From Octopus sinensis (Eukaryota): DNA of 38,653 nt. Location: contig NW_021828063.1 of assembly GCF_006345805.1 (NCBI RefSeq), positions 1 to 38,653 on the forward strand, in the 5' to 3' direction. Below are positions 25,029 through 37,004 of this stretch, one piece after another. How positions within the stretch are numbered: position 1 is the stretch's first letter; every line of letters starts with the position of its first letter. Below the pieces are notes generated by a model, which made no database searches, was not told the origin of the DNA, and worked only from the letters and a program-made list of their open reading frames with translations. A program made the translations under genes and the position numbers.

Positions 25029-25168
25029 ATGTTTGTGGTGCAGAAATAAAGCGGCCACAACAAAAGTCCATCCATGTGGACACCTTGTAATATGTAAGGG
25101 ATGTTCAAACGTTCCACTTCAACAATGTCTGAAGTGTTTAAAACCTGTAACAAGCAGAGGTCGAGTTG
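25029..25168 (+). CDS. RING-finger (C3HC4, MIB/IAP-type) exon G (CLWCRNKAATTKVHPCGHLVICKGCSNVPLQQCLKCLKPVTSRGRV)
   Basis: TTTTGTCCACAG acceptor at 25028; the phase 2 start matches exon F. All eight Zn ligands are present. Donor G|GTAAGA at 25169 (phase 1); read-through would stop at 25186-25188. Confidence 0.92.
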
Positions 25169-26281
25169 GTAAGAATATTCTTTGCTGATCTGTCTGTTTG
25201 TCTGCTTGTCCCATTGCCCTTATTGTGTAGAATATATACTTCATGTTGTTATGTAGACAGAGGTCTGCCATAATCTGGCAGATTTATGATAAAAGGTGTT
25301 CCTAGTGTCTGTTCTCTGTAATAGTATATCTCTCACACTACATCCACTAAACATTGACCTTATCCAAGTAGGAACATGTCACACTTCAAGAGGGTTGTAG
25401 TCTGCAACATAAAGAAATGGACGATTCTGCAAGATAATTAGTGAGTTAACTGAAGTATCAATAAATCTCCATCAACTCTATAATTAATTATGAGTTATTA
25501 GAAGATAATTATGAGTTATTAGAAGATAATTAAATACAACAGTACTTACAAGGACATCAGTGTCATCTTTGTAAAAAGTATTAAATTCAGTAGAATATTT
25601 AAAGGAGTAAAATTATATGTCACTAGTTTGAGAGACTTTAACACACAATTCCATGTTGTTATGTTTGTAATTGGAGGATATTAAGGCTAATAGAGACAGT
25701 TTTGTTTGTCAAGCAACCAGATCATGAAACCTTCAAATATATCTTGAATGAGATGACATTCTGGTGAACTGTGAAGTTAAAATTAGGGATTATCAGCAAC
25801 AATGTTTAACAAAGAGATTAGGTGTATGTTTCTCCTTCTTGAAGTGGTTGTGACATGTGTTTGTTGTTATATCTTTGATGAATAAATTTGTTGACACTGG
25901 AATCAAACAGGTTGTTAGTGAAGATCAGGGTTTTGAAAATGCAATAGCTTTGGTATAGATATAAGCAAGGAAACCAAAGCCTACAGATAAACTGTTATTA
26001 AGTGATAATTAAGTGATATAATTACAGCATTGTTAGATTATGTAGGATATCTTAACAGAGAGAGGAAATTTACAAAGATCAACTAGAGTTCGTTTTGGAG
26101 CTAAATATTGGCTATTACATGGGTCCACTGTTGAAAGTATAAAAATATTGACCAAATCAATTATGATCGCTTGTTGGCCATTGATGGTATGAATGTTTCT
26201 CATTAATAAAATATAGATTATTAATAAATATAAAGGGATTGTGATATAAATAAATATAAAACTTGGAGACACATATTTCAG

Positions 26282-26332
26282 AGAGTCCAAAGTTTGAAGA
26301 GAAGGGAGTGTAGACTGTGGCAGCGACAGTTG
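26282..26332 (+). pseudogene. Micro-exon copy 1, disabled or terminal (E-SPKFEEKGV*TVAATV)
   Basis: Acceptor ATTTCAG is intact. There is a TAG at 26311-26313 where the other copies have Gln, and the donor reads ATGAGT instead of GTGAGT (26333). Confidence 0.8.
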
Positions 26333-27036
26333 ATGAGTTTAAAATTAGAGATCTTAATTAATTTCTATAGATTTTATCTTCACCTGAACTATTTTGCGTA
26401 TTAGAATGATGGAGAATAAATCCTATTTCTAATTTCCATTTGAAAGGTTGGCTCTAAAGTAATTGTATTAAAAATATTACTGAAATTTCATAAAGTCACG
26501 GTTAACATGTTTGGTTAAAAGGATAAATTAAATGCCACAACAGAGTTAATATTGTCTTCTGGAAGAGGGAACTATAATGTATTTTTTTTAGGTGTAAACT
26601 TGTGAGTTAATAAGATAGTTGTTTGTTTTTCTACTAAGATCTTTCGTAAGTTTTCTGATAGGTTATTCTTGATGTTGTTATGTAGCCAGATGTCTGTCAT
26701 AATATGTTGTATTTTCTGGGGCTGTGTACCCTGAATGTCTCTGGTTAGAATACATTTTGTAGTTGCAAATTAGAAAATTCTAATTAAATATTAACTCTGT
26801 ATAAGAATATTCATCATGAACTTAATTTTATTAAATGTTAAATTTAGTATTGAACCGTGAATATCTGTTTATATTTAAACAAATTATTGGTGTTTATACA
26901 AAATATACGATCAGAAATTGAATATGACTTGAATACACATATCTTTGTTTGTAACTATATATAATATACACTTATTACATTGTTTGAACAACATTACCAT
27001 CCTAATATTCTTTTTCTCACTCTTGTTAGATTTTAG

Positions 27037-27071
27037 ATGATATTAATGCTAAAAGAGGCACAGTTTTCTGA
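27037..27071 (+). CDS. Candidate alternative terminal exon (D-DINAKRGTVF*), copy 1
   Basis: A strong pyrimidine tract TTCTTTTTCTCACTCTTGTTAG then ATTTTAG; phase-1 compatible; near-identical copy at 28952-28986. No transcript evidence. Confidence 0.3.
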
Positions 27072-28030
27072 GTGTTTCACCCTTTGGTCTTGATTGTTGC
27101 ATTCAAGTTATTTAATGAAAGATAGTCATTGTTATTTGACCAGGAAATGAATTAGTCATTAGTATTTGGCAGTGACTTGGTTATATCTTTCTTCGTTTGC
27201 TCATGGAACTACCATAATATTAGCTGTGCTGAGACACAATCATATTCATAGTAATGAAGGTTATATGTTCTTTACTCAGATTATATACAATCTATATTGA
27301 TATCTAGTATTGCACCGTCAAGCACAGTGCTATTGTATCACATATATACCCAATTATCATGATAATTAATAAGCTATAATTCATTAACACTCTTACATTT
27401 GTATTTATGAAATGTAGTTTATTTTGTCATAAGAACATCGTGTACCCTCACCTTACATTTTATATCTTGTTAGGGATTATGTTGGGGAAGGGTGTATGGA
27501 ATTTGGCTTGTGCAGATGTATTTTAGGGGACAGATTGTGTGCAGAGTGGAGGGTATTCACATAAAGGACATATTTATGACCTCAGTTTCACTTAATTAGA
27601 GAGGAATGTTGATTAGTGAATTCTAGAGATGAGAGGACTGTGCCATGCCATAGATTTGGCACAGTTATAAGAAGAGAAAGACAAAGCTAAGAGAAAACTG
27701 TTATCAAGTGTTAATTAAATGAGATAATTGGTACATTGTTAGAATATTTAATGTGTTTTTAGAGAGAGAGAGTGAGAGAGAGAGAGAGAGAGAGAGAAAG
27801 ATAGGGAGAGGGCGGATTTAGAAATGTTAGTCTGTTTTATTGTGGACATATTGGGCTATTACATGGGACCACTTTAGAAAGTACAGAAATATTGACCAAA
27901 ACCATAATGGTCAACAGTTGACCAGTAACAACAGGAATTGAATGTCTCACAATAACAAGATAGATTTTAATAAAAATAAAGATAAAGAAATTCTACTATT
28001 AAATGTAAAACTTGTAAATGTTTATTTCAG

Positions 28031-28102
28031 CGTCTCCAAAGTTTGCAGACAAGGGAGTGCAAACAGATTTACAATTATTAGAGCCTACATCCGAGCAAAG
28101 TG
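28031..28102 (+). CDS. Micro-exon copy 2 (A-SPKFADKGVQTDLQLLEPTSEQS-G), 72 nt, with an LC8-type motif DKGVQTD
   Basis: TTTATTTCAG acceptor and G|GTGAGT donor; phase 1-1; open frame; homologous to copies 1 and 3-5. Confidence 0.78.
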
Positions 28103-28362
28103 GTGAGTATAAAATAAGAGTTCCCAATTGATTTCTATAAGATTTAATTTACCTGGGTATAATGTGTTTGAAAGAATAACTGAAAATAGGATCCACTCCT
28201 ACTTTCCAATTGAACGATTATCTGAATTATCTGAACGATTAATTGAATTAAAGATATCGATTTACTGAGAGTTTATGAAATACCCATTGAGGTTAATGCG
28301 TTGGTATAATTTTCAAATTAGAAGACACAATAGAGTTAATTTTATCATTTGGTCACAGACCT

Positions 28363-28650
28363 CATCATCATCATCATCATCATCATCATTTAACGTCCGT
28401 TTTTATAGTAGCATGGGTCGGACGATTTCACTGGCAAGGCAGTAGGCTGCGCCAGGCCCAACGTGATCTGGCAGGTTTCCACATATGTATGCCATTCCTA
28501 ATGCCAACCACTCCGAGGAGAGTGTGGTGGGTGCTTTTGAGTGCCCCCACACAGGAGCCAGTTGAGGTGGGAGCTAGCATTGACCACGTCGGATCGTGCT
28601 TTTTACTTTCCCCCCGCACAGGGAACCAGCCAGGCGGAACTTGCAAACAA
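28363..28650 (-). mobile_element. 3' end of an RTE-associated retroposon with a (GAT)9 tail
   Basis: (CAT)9-TTAACGTCCG..AGCATGGGTCGGACG and CCTAATGCCAACCAC are characteristic RTE/SINE 3' sequence in reverse; it interrupts the duplicated intron unit. Confidence 0.65.
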
Positions 28651-28951
28651 ACCACTAATAACATTTTATAAATTAAAAGGATTAAAAATCAAATCTCTAA
28701 GATTATAAGTATAATGATCATTAACGTTGATTAAATTAAATTTGCATTGAACGGTGAACATCTGTTTACATTTAAACAAAATATTGGTGTTGACATAACA
28801 TATAAAGATAGGAATAAAATATGAGTTCCTGTGTGACTTGATCTCAACAAATCCTTGTTTTTAACTATATATAATATACACTTATTACATTGTTTGAACA
28901 ACATTTACCATCCATATAGTCATTCTTTTTCTCACTCTTGTTAGATTTTAG

Positions 28952-28986
28952 ATGATATTAATGCTAAAAGAGGCACAGTTTTCTGA
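28952..28986 (+). CDS. Candidate alternative terminal exon (D-DINAKRGTVF*), copy 2
   Basis: Identical coding sequence and acceptor to 27037-27071. No transcript evidence. Confidence 0.3.
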
Positions 28987-29039
28987 GTGTTTCACCTCTG
29001 GTTTTAGTTCTGACTTGATTGTTGCATTCAAATTTGACT

Positions 29040-29310
29040 ACTCCCACAGCTGTTGTCATCCTTTGTCAGGTTCAACTTCTTATTTCCTTCAATTTGGATC
29101 TTCTGGCACTTTTTTATCCACATTTTTTAAATCCCCCATACTCCTCCCATATATGTACCATCTCGTCTCTTGTGTGCTATCTCTGAATCTGCTAAACCCT
29201 AGTTTTGCTTCCAGCTCATCTCTGCTCCGGGACTTCAGCACATTATATTACACTTCTTCTGAAGTAGCTCACTTCATTTCTAACAGTTTTTCATACATCC
29301 TCTATACTCT
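29040..29310 (-). mobile_element. Highly degenerate RTE LINE fragment
   Basis: The reverse translation SRDELEAKLGFSRFRDSTQETRWYIYGRSM resembles the RTE C-terminal ..ERRLRWYGHV.RM region. Confidence 0.4.
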
Positions 29311-29319
29311 GTGAAACAT

Positions 29320-30355
29320 TCCACTTTACAAATACACACCAGAGTTCACCAACGATTAGTCCTCAGCCCCCTCCTATTCATTATAGTCCTCCAGACAATA
29401 AAAGAGGAATTCAAGACACTCTGCCCCTGGGATCCTCTTTATGCTGATGACCTTGCTCTGACAAACGAGTCACTGCCAGGACTGGAAACAAAGTTTAGCG
29501 TCTGAAAGCAAGGTCTAGAATCGAAGGGCCTTAGAGTTAACCTAGTCAAAACCAAAGTCCTTGTTAGTAGGAAGGCTGTTAAATCACAACCCCTTTCAGG
29601 TAGATGGCCCTGCTCTATCTGTAGAAATGGAGAGGGTAGAAACTCCACACGATGTAACCGGAGGAAGCTATGGACACATAAAAGGTGCAGCAATATCAAA
29701 GAAAGTTAACCAGGAAAATAGTTTTTGTGTGTGGCAGATGCTCTGGAGCAATAAACACTGAAAGTGTACAGAAAACAGATTCCATCACATGCCAGGGGAA
29801 GAAACTAGAAGTAGTTAATAGCTTCTGCTACCTAGGGGATCAAGTCTGTAGTGAGTGCGATTGCTCTGCGAATGTAGCGCCTAGAGTAAGAATAGCCTGG
29901 GCAAAGTTGAGGGAGCTCCTACCTCTGCTGGCAACTAAAGGTATATCGCTCAGGGTGAAAGGTAGACTGCATGATGCATGTGTGCGAACAGCCATGTTAC
30001 AGGGCAGGGAAACATGGGCCATGATGCTGAGAACATGCGTAGGCTTGAAAGAAATGAAGCTTGTATGATCCGCTGGATGTGTAATGTCAGTGTGCAATCA
30101 CGACAAAGTTGGGCATAAGAAGCATCAAATGTGGTGTGCAAGAGAGGCGACTGTGCTGGTATGGTCATGTGTTACGTATGAATGAAGACAGCTGTGTGAT
30201 GAAGTGCCACTCCCTCACTGTAGAAGGAACCTGTAGAAGAGGTAGACCCAGGAAGACATGGGATGAGGTGATGAAGTATGACCTTCAAACATTGGCCTCA
30301 CAATGGCAATAACAAGACACCGGGATCTTGGGAGATACGCTTAGATTGAGAAAAC
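29320..30355 (+). mobile_element. RTE-clade LINE fragment, frameshifted
   Basis: VHQ..VLSPLLFIIVL, LYADDLAL, FCYLGD, RVRIAWAKLRELLPLL..KGISLRVKGRL, ERRLCWYGHVLRM and RRGRPRKTWDEV, spread across several frames. Confidence 0.88.
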
Positions 30356-30499
30356 CCCCTAGTGAATTCACCCACACACTGTTGGGGTGTATGCGCAATA
30401 GTCCTCTAAATCCAAAATATTGACACCCATCAATACAGTAAGCATTTTGCATTCACTTTTACTCCGTATTTTGGCGACATTGAATATAAATTTCGAAGA

Positions 30500-31760
30500 G
30501 GCAACAATGCGCATTCGTTAACCTTTGTGCCAGTAATTTGGTCACGGAAATAATTTACTGGAACCTTTGATTTAAGTGATCATATGGTGCGGAAATCACA
30601 GCAACTGAGCAAAGAAGAGGCTATTTTGGCTCATCCTGACCCAAGGAAAGGTACGTCCCGGACGTCAGAATCGGAGGAATATTCACGTTGTTGTGCAGCT
30701 AAAAAGGGAAATTGTTACTGTAATTGAGAACGGATTAAAAGTCCACCGACTAAAATAGCCATTGCTTGTGAATCTTCAGAAATAGTTTTTGTGTGGATTA
30801 CAAGGAAAACGCTGGATATAATAAGTAGATTTTTGTAAGTTTTAGAATTGCAACTGAAATGAACGGATAATACAATTGTATGAGTCGGAGGAATATTCGC
30901 TTCTTTGTGACTTGCAACCAAATGCTGTGTTCAAGTTACTACCTCCTCAGGCAACCTTCAGTATGTGTCTGTGAGAATCACCAACATGCAAAACGTATCG
31001 CCGCTGCCATTCCTGGTAGTCACGACTACAGAGACTTGCTTGGCAAATGGTCTCTTCCGTGAGCAATCGAGATTGTATGTTGCTCCTATGTGAGGTCCTG
31101 TCCTTTGAACAAGGTTTTTTATTAGACGTATTTTATTCACTTGGAGGTTATTAACGCACAAACAGTTGGCACATGTGGACTGGTCAGCTCCTCCTTTATG
31201 ACTCAACTTCCCCATTAATGCCTTCATTCAAACCGCTGAGAGTGTGTTTTGAATCTCCACAACAACATCATTTCATAGCAGAGGCCCAATCTTGTTTCCT
31301 TAATCATCAAAAAGGTGACCTGACATCAAGTGAAGCAATAGTATTGTTGGACTTTACAGAAAATTATAGCTTTGTAGTACAGGACGCCCTGCAAGGGTTT
31401 CATCGGAACAAATCCCAGGCAAATATTCATCCATTCGCGATCTACTATAAGACTGGTTCACACCCACAATGCACTTCAATCTGTGTCATATCTGATTGTT
31501 TGAAATGTGACAACCACATTGTGCATGCTTATATTACAAGGGTGATATCGCATATAAAGACAGAACTTCCATTCATAAACCATCTCCTGTACTTCAGTGA
31601 CGGAGCAGCCGACCAATACAAGAACTAGAGACACCAAACAAATCTCTGTCATCATCAGAATGATCAAGGACTTGCAGCAGAGTGGCATTTTTCTCCATGT
31701 TATATGCAAAAAAGTCAGCAAGTAGCCACAGAAAGACATTTTCTCACGGATCCCAAGGTG
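30500..31760 (+). mobile_element. Degenerate DDD/E DNA-transposon transposase, Sola2-like
   Basis: SVCVCENHQ, NRDCML, LLDFTENYSFVVQDALQGFH, IHPFAIYY, YFSDGAADQYKN and LAAEWHF match the DF.ENY / SDG...QYKN / EWHF motifs recalled for Sola-type transposases. The superfamily assignment is less certain than the transposase call. Confidence 0.6.
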
Positions 31761-32482
31761 TGTAGCTGAGTATGTGCAAGCATTCCAGGAATAATGTTCT
31801 TTTACGTCTGAAACGAAAACAGTAGAACAGTGAAATTAATTGGCACACGATCCCATCACTGCTTCATTCTTTCTTCAAGATCTGATCTTCTAATGAAAAG
31901 AATATCAGCCGATGACAATTTCACTCTTTTAGGTGAGGAGCAGCCAGCATCTGAGCTGCATATTTCAAAGTTACAACCCTGAAAATATGTTGGATACACG
32001 AATGAAAATGTTTAACAAAGAGATCAAGTGAGCAGGTTTATTCTACGTGAAGTGTCTGTCATGTGTTTATGGTAAGATCATTGATGACAAACTGGTTGCC
32101 ATCGGATTAGCAAAGATGAAATAATGTTGGTTAGAGAAGGGCAGAAGTGAGGGCACAATTTCACGTCATATGTTTAGTGCAGATATAAGAAAGGAAAGAC
32201 AAACCTAATAAAAGATTGGTGTTATCAAGTGATAATTAAATGAAATAATGACACAGTTGTTAGATTATGTCGAATGTCTCAAGAGATAAAAGACATTTTG
32301 GAAGACTGTAAATATTAAACTATTAAATAGTAATCCTGTTCAAACTATAAACATTCTAACCAAAATTATTGTCTTCAACAGTTGATTATCTATGAAAGGA
32401 ATCCCTGATGTAAAATATAGATTATTAATAAAGATGGAGAAATTTTTCTATAATGTTTGAAACTTGGAAATATTTATTTCAG

Positions 32483-32533
32483 TGAATCGAACATTTGAAG
32501 TCAAGGAAACACAGACATTGGCTGAACCTGTTG
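32483..32533 (+). CDS. Micro-exon copy 3 (V-NRTFEVKETQTLAEPV-G), 51 nt, KETQT motif
   Basis: TATTTATTTCAG acceptor, G|GTGAGT donor, phase 1-1, open frame. Confidence 0.78.
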
Positions 32534-32841
32534 GTGAGTATAAAATAACAGCACTTGATTGATTTCTGTAAGGTTTATTCTCTGCTGAACTATTTTGATA
32601 TCAGAATGATAAAGATCAGCTTCCATTCTTACCTTTCAATGGGAAGTTTTAGCAGTAAACTAATCATATTAAACATATCGATACTATTGACATTTCATAA
32701 AGTATCCAATCAGGTTAGCATGGTTGGTGAAATGGATAAATTAGAAGCGAAATAGATTTCAGGTTCTCTTTTGGAACAGCCAAATAATATATGTTGTGGT
32801 TTAACAGGTGAGGTAATGACAAAGGTTTTGTTTGTTTTATA

Positions 32842-33261
32842 CTCTTTTACTCGGTTCAGTCATTTGACTGTCACCATGCTGGAGCACCACCTTTTTAGTC
32901 GACCAAATCGACCCTAGGACTTATTCTTTGTAAGCCTAGTACTAATTCTATCGGTCTCTTTAGCCAAACCGATGCATTACCTAGACGGAAACACACCAGC
33001 ACCGGTTGTCAAGCAATGTTGGGAGGACAAACACATACACACATACATACATACATACATACATACATACATACATACATACATACATACATACATACGA
33101 CGGGCTTCTTTCAGTTCCTGTCTACCAAAGCAACTTACAAGGCTTTGGTTGGCTCGAAGATATAGAAGAAGACACTTGCCCAAGGTGCCACACAGTGGGA
33201 CTGGACCCAGAACCATCTAGTTCGTAAGCAAGCTACTTACCACACAGCCACTCCTACGCCT
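32842..33261 (-). mobile_element. SINE in unit A
   Basis: Reverse complement of the SINE family; same insertion site in units B and C. Confidence 0.88.
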
Positions 33262-34606
33262 GTATTTTAAAAATGTTTACTGACAAGATATTCTTGTTAT
33301 TTTACCTGATGTCTCTCATAATCTGGCAGACTTGCAATGAAACGGGTTCCAAATATGACCACCCTCATATTTTTCACTGATAATAAATCTATCATTGCAT
33401 CCAGTAAACATTGTCTTTATTCAAGTGGAAGACGTTGGTTTGCTGCTCAGAAAACCGTTGTCTCTTTCCCTTTCTTCAAACTTCATAGAGGCTGTATGAT
33501 ACAATACAATCAAATACATTCAAAGAAACATCGGACGGGTTGAAAGGAGAACGGATAGTGAACACCTTAGATAAAAGCTCCTTAAGAACCCTTCTGATGG
33601 TACTAGGATATTTTTGCCGATGTTAAGTGGGGGAGATTATAATGCACTAAAGATGAAGTGAACAAGAATATACGGGAGACATAAGAGGACGTAGTGTTTC
33701 TTGGTTACAAGACCACATCCATACGAACCGTGATTATAGTCCCTATGTTTCAGTATGTTTTGATGGTATTGTGTTTTCGATTCATTTCATAGGAAACACT
33801 ATGTTGTGGAACATTTCTGTATACATACTTGACACTAATTAGATGTATTTTATAAAGCATTTTAGAAACATTTTCAATTAGTTGACATCAATGATCATTA
33901 GTCACAAATGTGGTAAAACAGTGATGGTGGAATGGGGTATGAGCAGGGTTTCATATTCCTTGTAATGTGGGTAACATCAGGAAGATTTCTACAGAGGTGT
34001 TCATTTCGTCCCCTCAGATTTGATTGAACTGAGTTTTCAGCCCCTTCAGAGGCACCGCATTGATTAAGGGGACATCAAAGGAGAGACGAATGTTTGGTTG
34101 ATATATAGAAGAGGGTTGTCAGAAATATCCTAGAGTCTTCAGAATCACTTCCATTCTACCACTTAAAGTGGTGTGTGTAATGTGTTTATGGTTAGATCAT
34201 GGATAACCAAATTGGTTGCCATTGGAATTAAGCAAAGATGAGAATAATGTTGGTTAGAGAAGGGCAGAAGTGAGGGCACAATTTCACGTCATATGTTTAG
34301 TGCAGATATAAGAAAGGAAAGACAAACCTAATCAAAGATTGGTGTTATCAAGTGATAATTAAATGAAATAATGACACAGTTGTTAGATTATGTCGAATGT
34401 CTCAAAAGATAAAGGAAATTTTGGAAAGCAGTGTAAATATTAAACTATTACAGGGTAATCCTGTTGAAACTATAAACATTCTAACCAAAATTATTGTCTT
34501 CAACAGTTGATTATCTATGAAAGGAATCCCTGATATAAAATATAGATTATTAATAAAGATAGAGAATTTTTTTTAAATGTTTGAAACTTGGAAATATTCA
34601 TTTCAG

Positions 34607-34657
34607 TGAATCGAACATTTGAAGTCAAGGAAACACAGACATTGGCTGAACCTGTTG
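34607..34657 (+). CDS. Micro-exon copy 4 (V-NRTFEVKETQTLAEPV-G), identical to copy 3
   Basis: Same splice sites; 51/51 identity with copy 3. Confidence 0.78.
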
Positions 34658-34965
34658 GTGAGTATAAAATAACAGCACTTGATTGATTTCTGTAAGGTTT
34701 ATTCTCTGCTGAACTATTTTGATATCAGAATGATAAAGATCAGCTTCCATTCTTACCTGTCAATGGGAAGTTTTAGCATTAAACTAATCATATTAAACAT
34801 ATCGATACTATTGACATTTCATAAAGTATCCAATCAGGTTAGCACGGTTGGTGAAATGGATAAATTAGAAGCAAAATAGATTTCAGGTTCTCTTTTGGAA
34901 CAGCCAAATAATATATGTTGTGGTTTAACAGGTGAAGTAATGACAAAGGTTTTGTTTGTTTTATA

Positions 34966-35348
34966 CTCTTTTACTCGGTTCAGTCATTTGACTGACACCA
35001 TGCTGGAGCAACACCTTTTAAGTCGACCAAATCGACCCCAGGACTTATTCTTTGTATGCCTAGTACTTATTCTATCTGTCTCTTTAGCCAAACCGATAAG
35101 TTACACGGACGGAAACACACCAGCACCGGTTGTCAAGCAATGTTGGGAGGACAAACACATACACACATACATACATATATATATACTATATACATACATA
35201 TATACATACATACAACATACATACGACGGGCTTTGGTTTGCTCGAGGCTATAGTAAAAGACACTTGCCCAAGGTGCCACACAGTGGGACTGAACCCAGAA
35301 CCATCTGGTTCGCAAGCAAGCTACTTACTACACAGCCACTCCTACGCC
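34966..35348 (-). mobile_element. SINE in unit B, with an internal deletion shared with unit C
   Basis: Same position as in unit A; lacks the TCTTTCAGTT..CAAGGC segment. Confidence 0.88.
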
Positions 35349-37004
35349 TTTATTTTAATAATGTTTACTGACAAGATATTCTTGTTATTTTAGCTAATGT
35401 CTCTCATAATCTGGCAGACTTACAATGAAACGGGTTCCAAATATGACCACCCTCTTATTTTTCACTGATAATAAATCTATCATTGCATCCACTAAACATT
35501 GTCTTTATTCAAGTGGAAGACATTCGTTTGCTGCTCAGAAAACCGTTGTCTCTTTCCCTTTCTTCAAACTTCATAGAGGCTGTATGATACAATACAATCA
35601 AATACATTCAAAGAGACATCGGACGGGTTGCAAAAGGAAAGGATAGTGAACACTTTAAATTGCAGCTCCTTAAGAACCCTGCTTACGGTGCTAGGATTCT
35701 TTTTGCAGCCGCTAAGAGCAGCAGATTATAACGAAATAAAGATGAAGTGAGCAAGAATATACAGGAGCTATAAGAGGACCCTGTGTTTCTTGGTTACAAG
35801 ACCACATCCATACGAACCGTGATTATAGTCCCTATGTTTCAGTATGTTTTGATGTTATTGTGTTTTCGATTCATTTCATAAGGAACACTATGTTGTGGAA
35901 CATTTCTGTATACGTATTTGACACTAATTAGATGTATTTTATAAAACATTTTAGAAACATTTTCAATTAGTTGACGTCAATGATCATTAGTGACAAATGT
36001 GGTAAAACAGTGATGGTGGAATGGGGTGTGAGCAGGGTTTCATATTCCTTGTAATGTTGTTAACTACGACATCAGGACGACCGTTTTCTGTCAGGTAAAT
36101 ATTTCTACAGAGGTGTCCATTTTGTCCCCTCAGATTTGATTGAACTGAGTTTTCAGCCCATTCAGAGGCACCGCATTGATTAAGGGGACATCAAAGGAGA
36201 GATGAAAGTTTGGTTGATATATAGAAGAGGGTTGTCAGAAATATCCTTGTGTTTTCAGAATCACTTCCATTCTACCATTTCAGATCTTTGCACTGCTATA
36301 ATGTAAGGACGAAGAGTTACCTGTAGTAGGGTGAAGTTTGTGCAAGTGTATCCTCTTTGAGGACACCTGCTATCATTTTCTGTTCCACCTGTGTAGAAGT
36401 AATCTTCACTCACCTTTATAAACACTGCTCTATTAAGGTGTTTTAAAGCATTTCATGCATCAGCTGACATTCTGGTGAACAGTGATGCAGGAAGTTGAAA
36501 ACTAATCATTACCTGCAGTAATGTTTAAGAAGGAGATCAGGTGTGAGTGTTTATACAACTTAAAGTGGTGTGTGTAATGTGTTAATGGTTAGATCATTGA
36601 TGACCAAACTGGTTGCCATCGGAATTAAGCAAAGATGAGAATAATGTTGGTTAGAGAAGGGCAGAAGTGAGGGCACAATTTCACGTCATATGTTTAGTGC
36701 AGATATGAGAAAGGAAAGACAGACCTAATAAAAGATTGGTGTTATCAAGTGATAATTAAATGAAATAATGACACAGTTGTTAGATGACGTCGAATGTCTC
36801 AAAAGATAAAGGAAATTTAGGAAGGCAGTGTAAATATTAAACTATTACATGGTAATCCTGTTCAAACTATAAACATTCTAACCAAAACCTTTGTCTTCAA
36901 CAGTTGATTATCTATGAAAGGAATCCCTGATATAAAATATAGATTATTAATAAAGATAGAGAAATGTTTCTAAAATGTTTAAAACTTGGAAATATTCATT
37001 TCAG

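Noticed and set aside
31933-31982. Possible phase-1 terminal exon GEEQPASELHISKLQP*
   Set aside because: The acceptor is plausible but there is no homologous support elsewhere in the window; it is indistinguishable from a chance site without RNA data.
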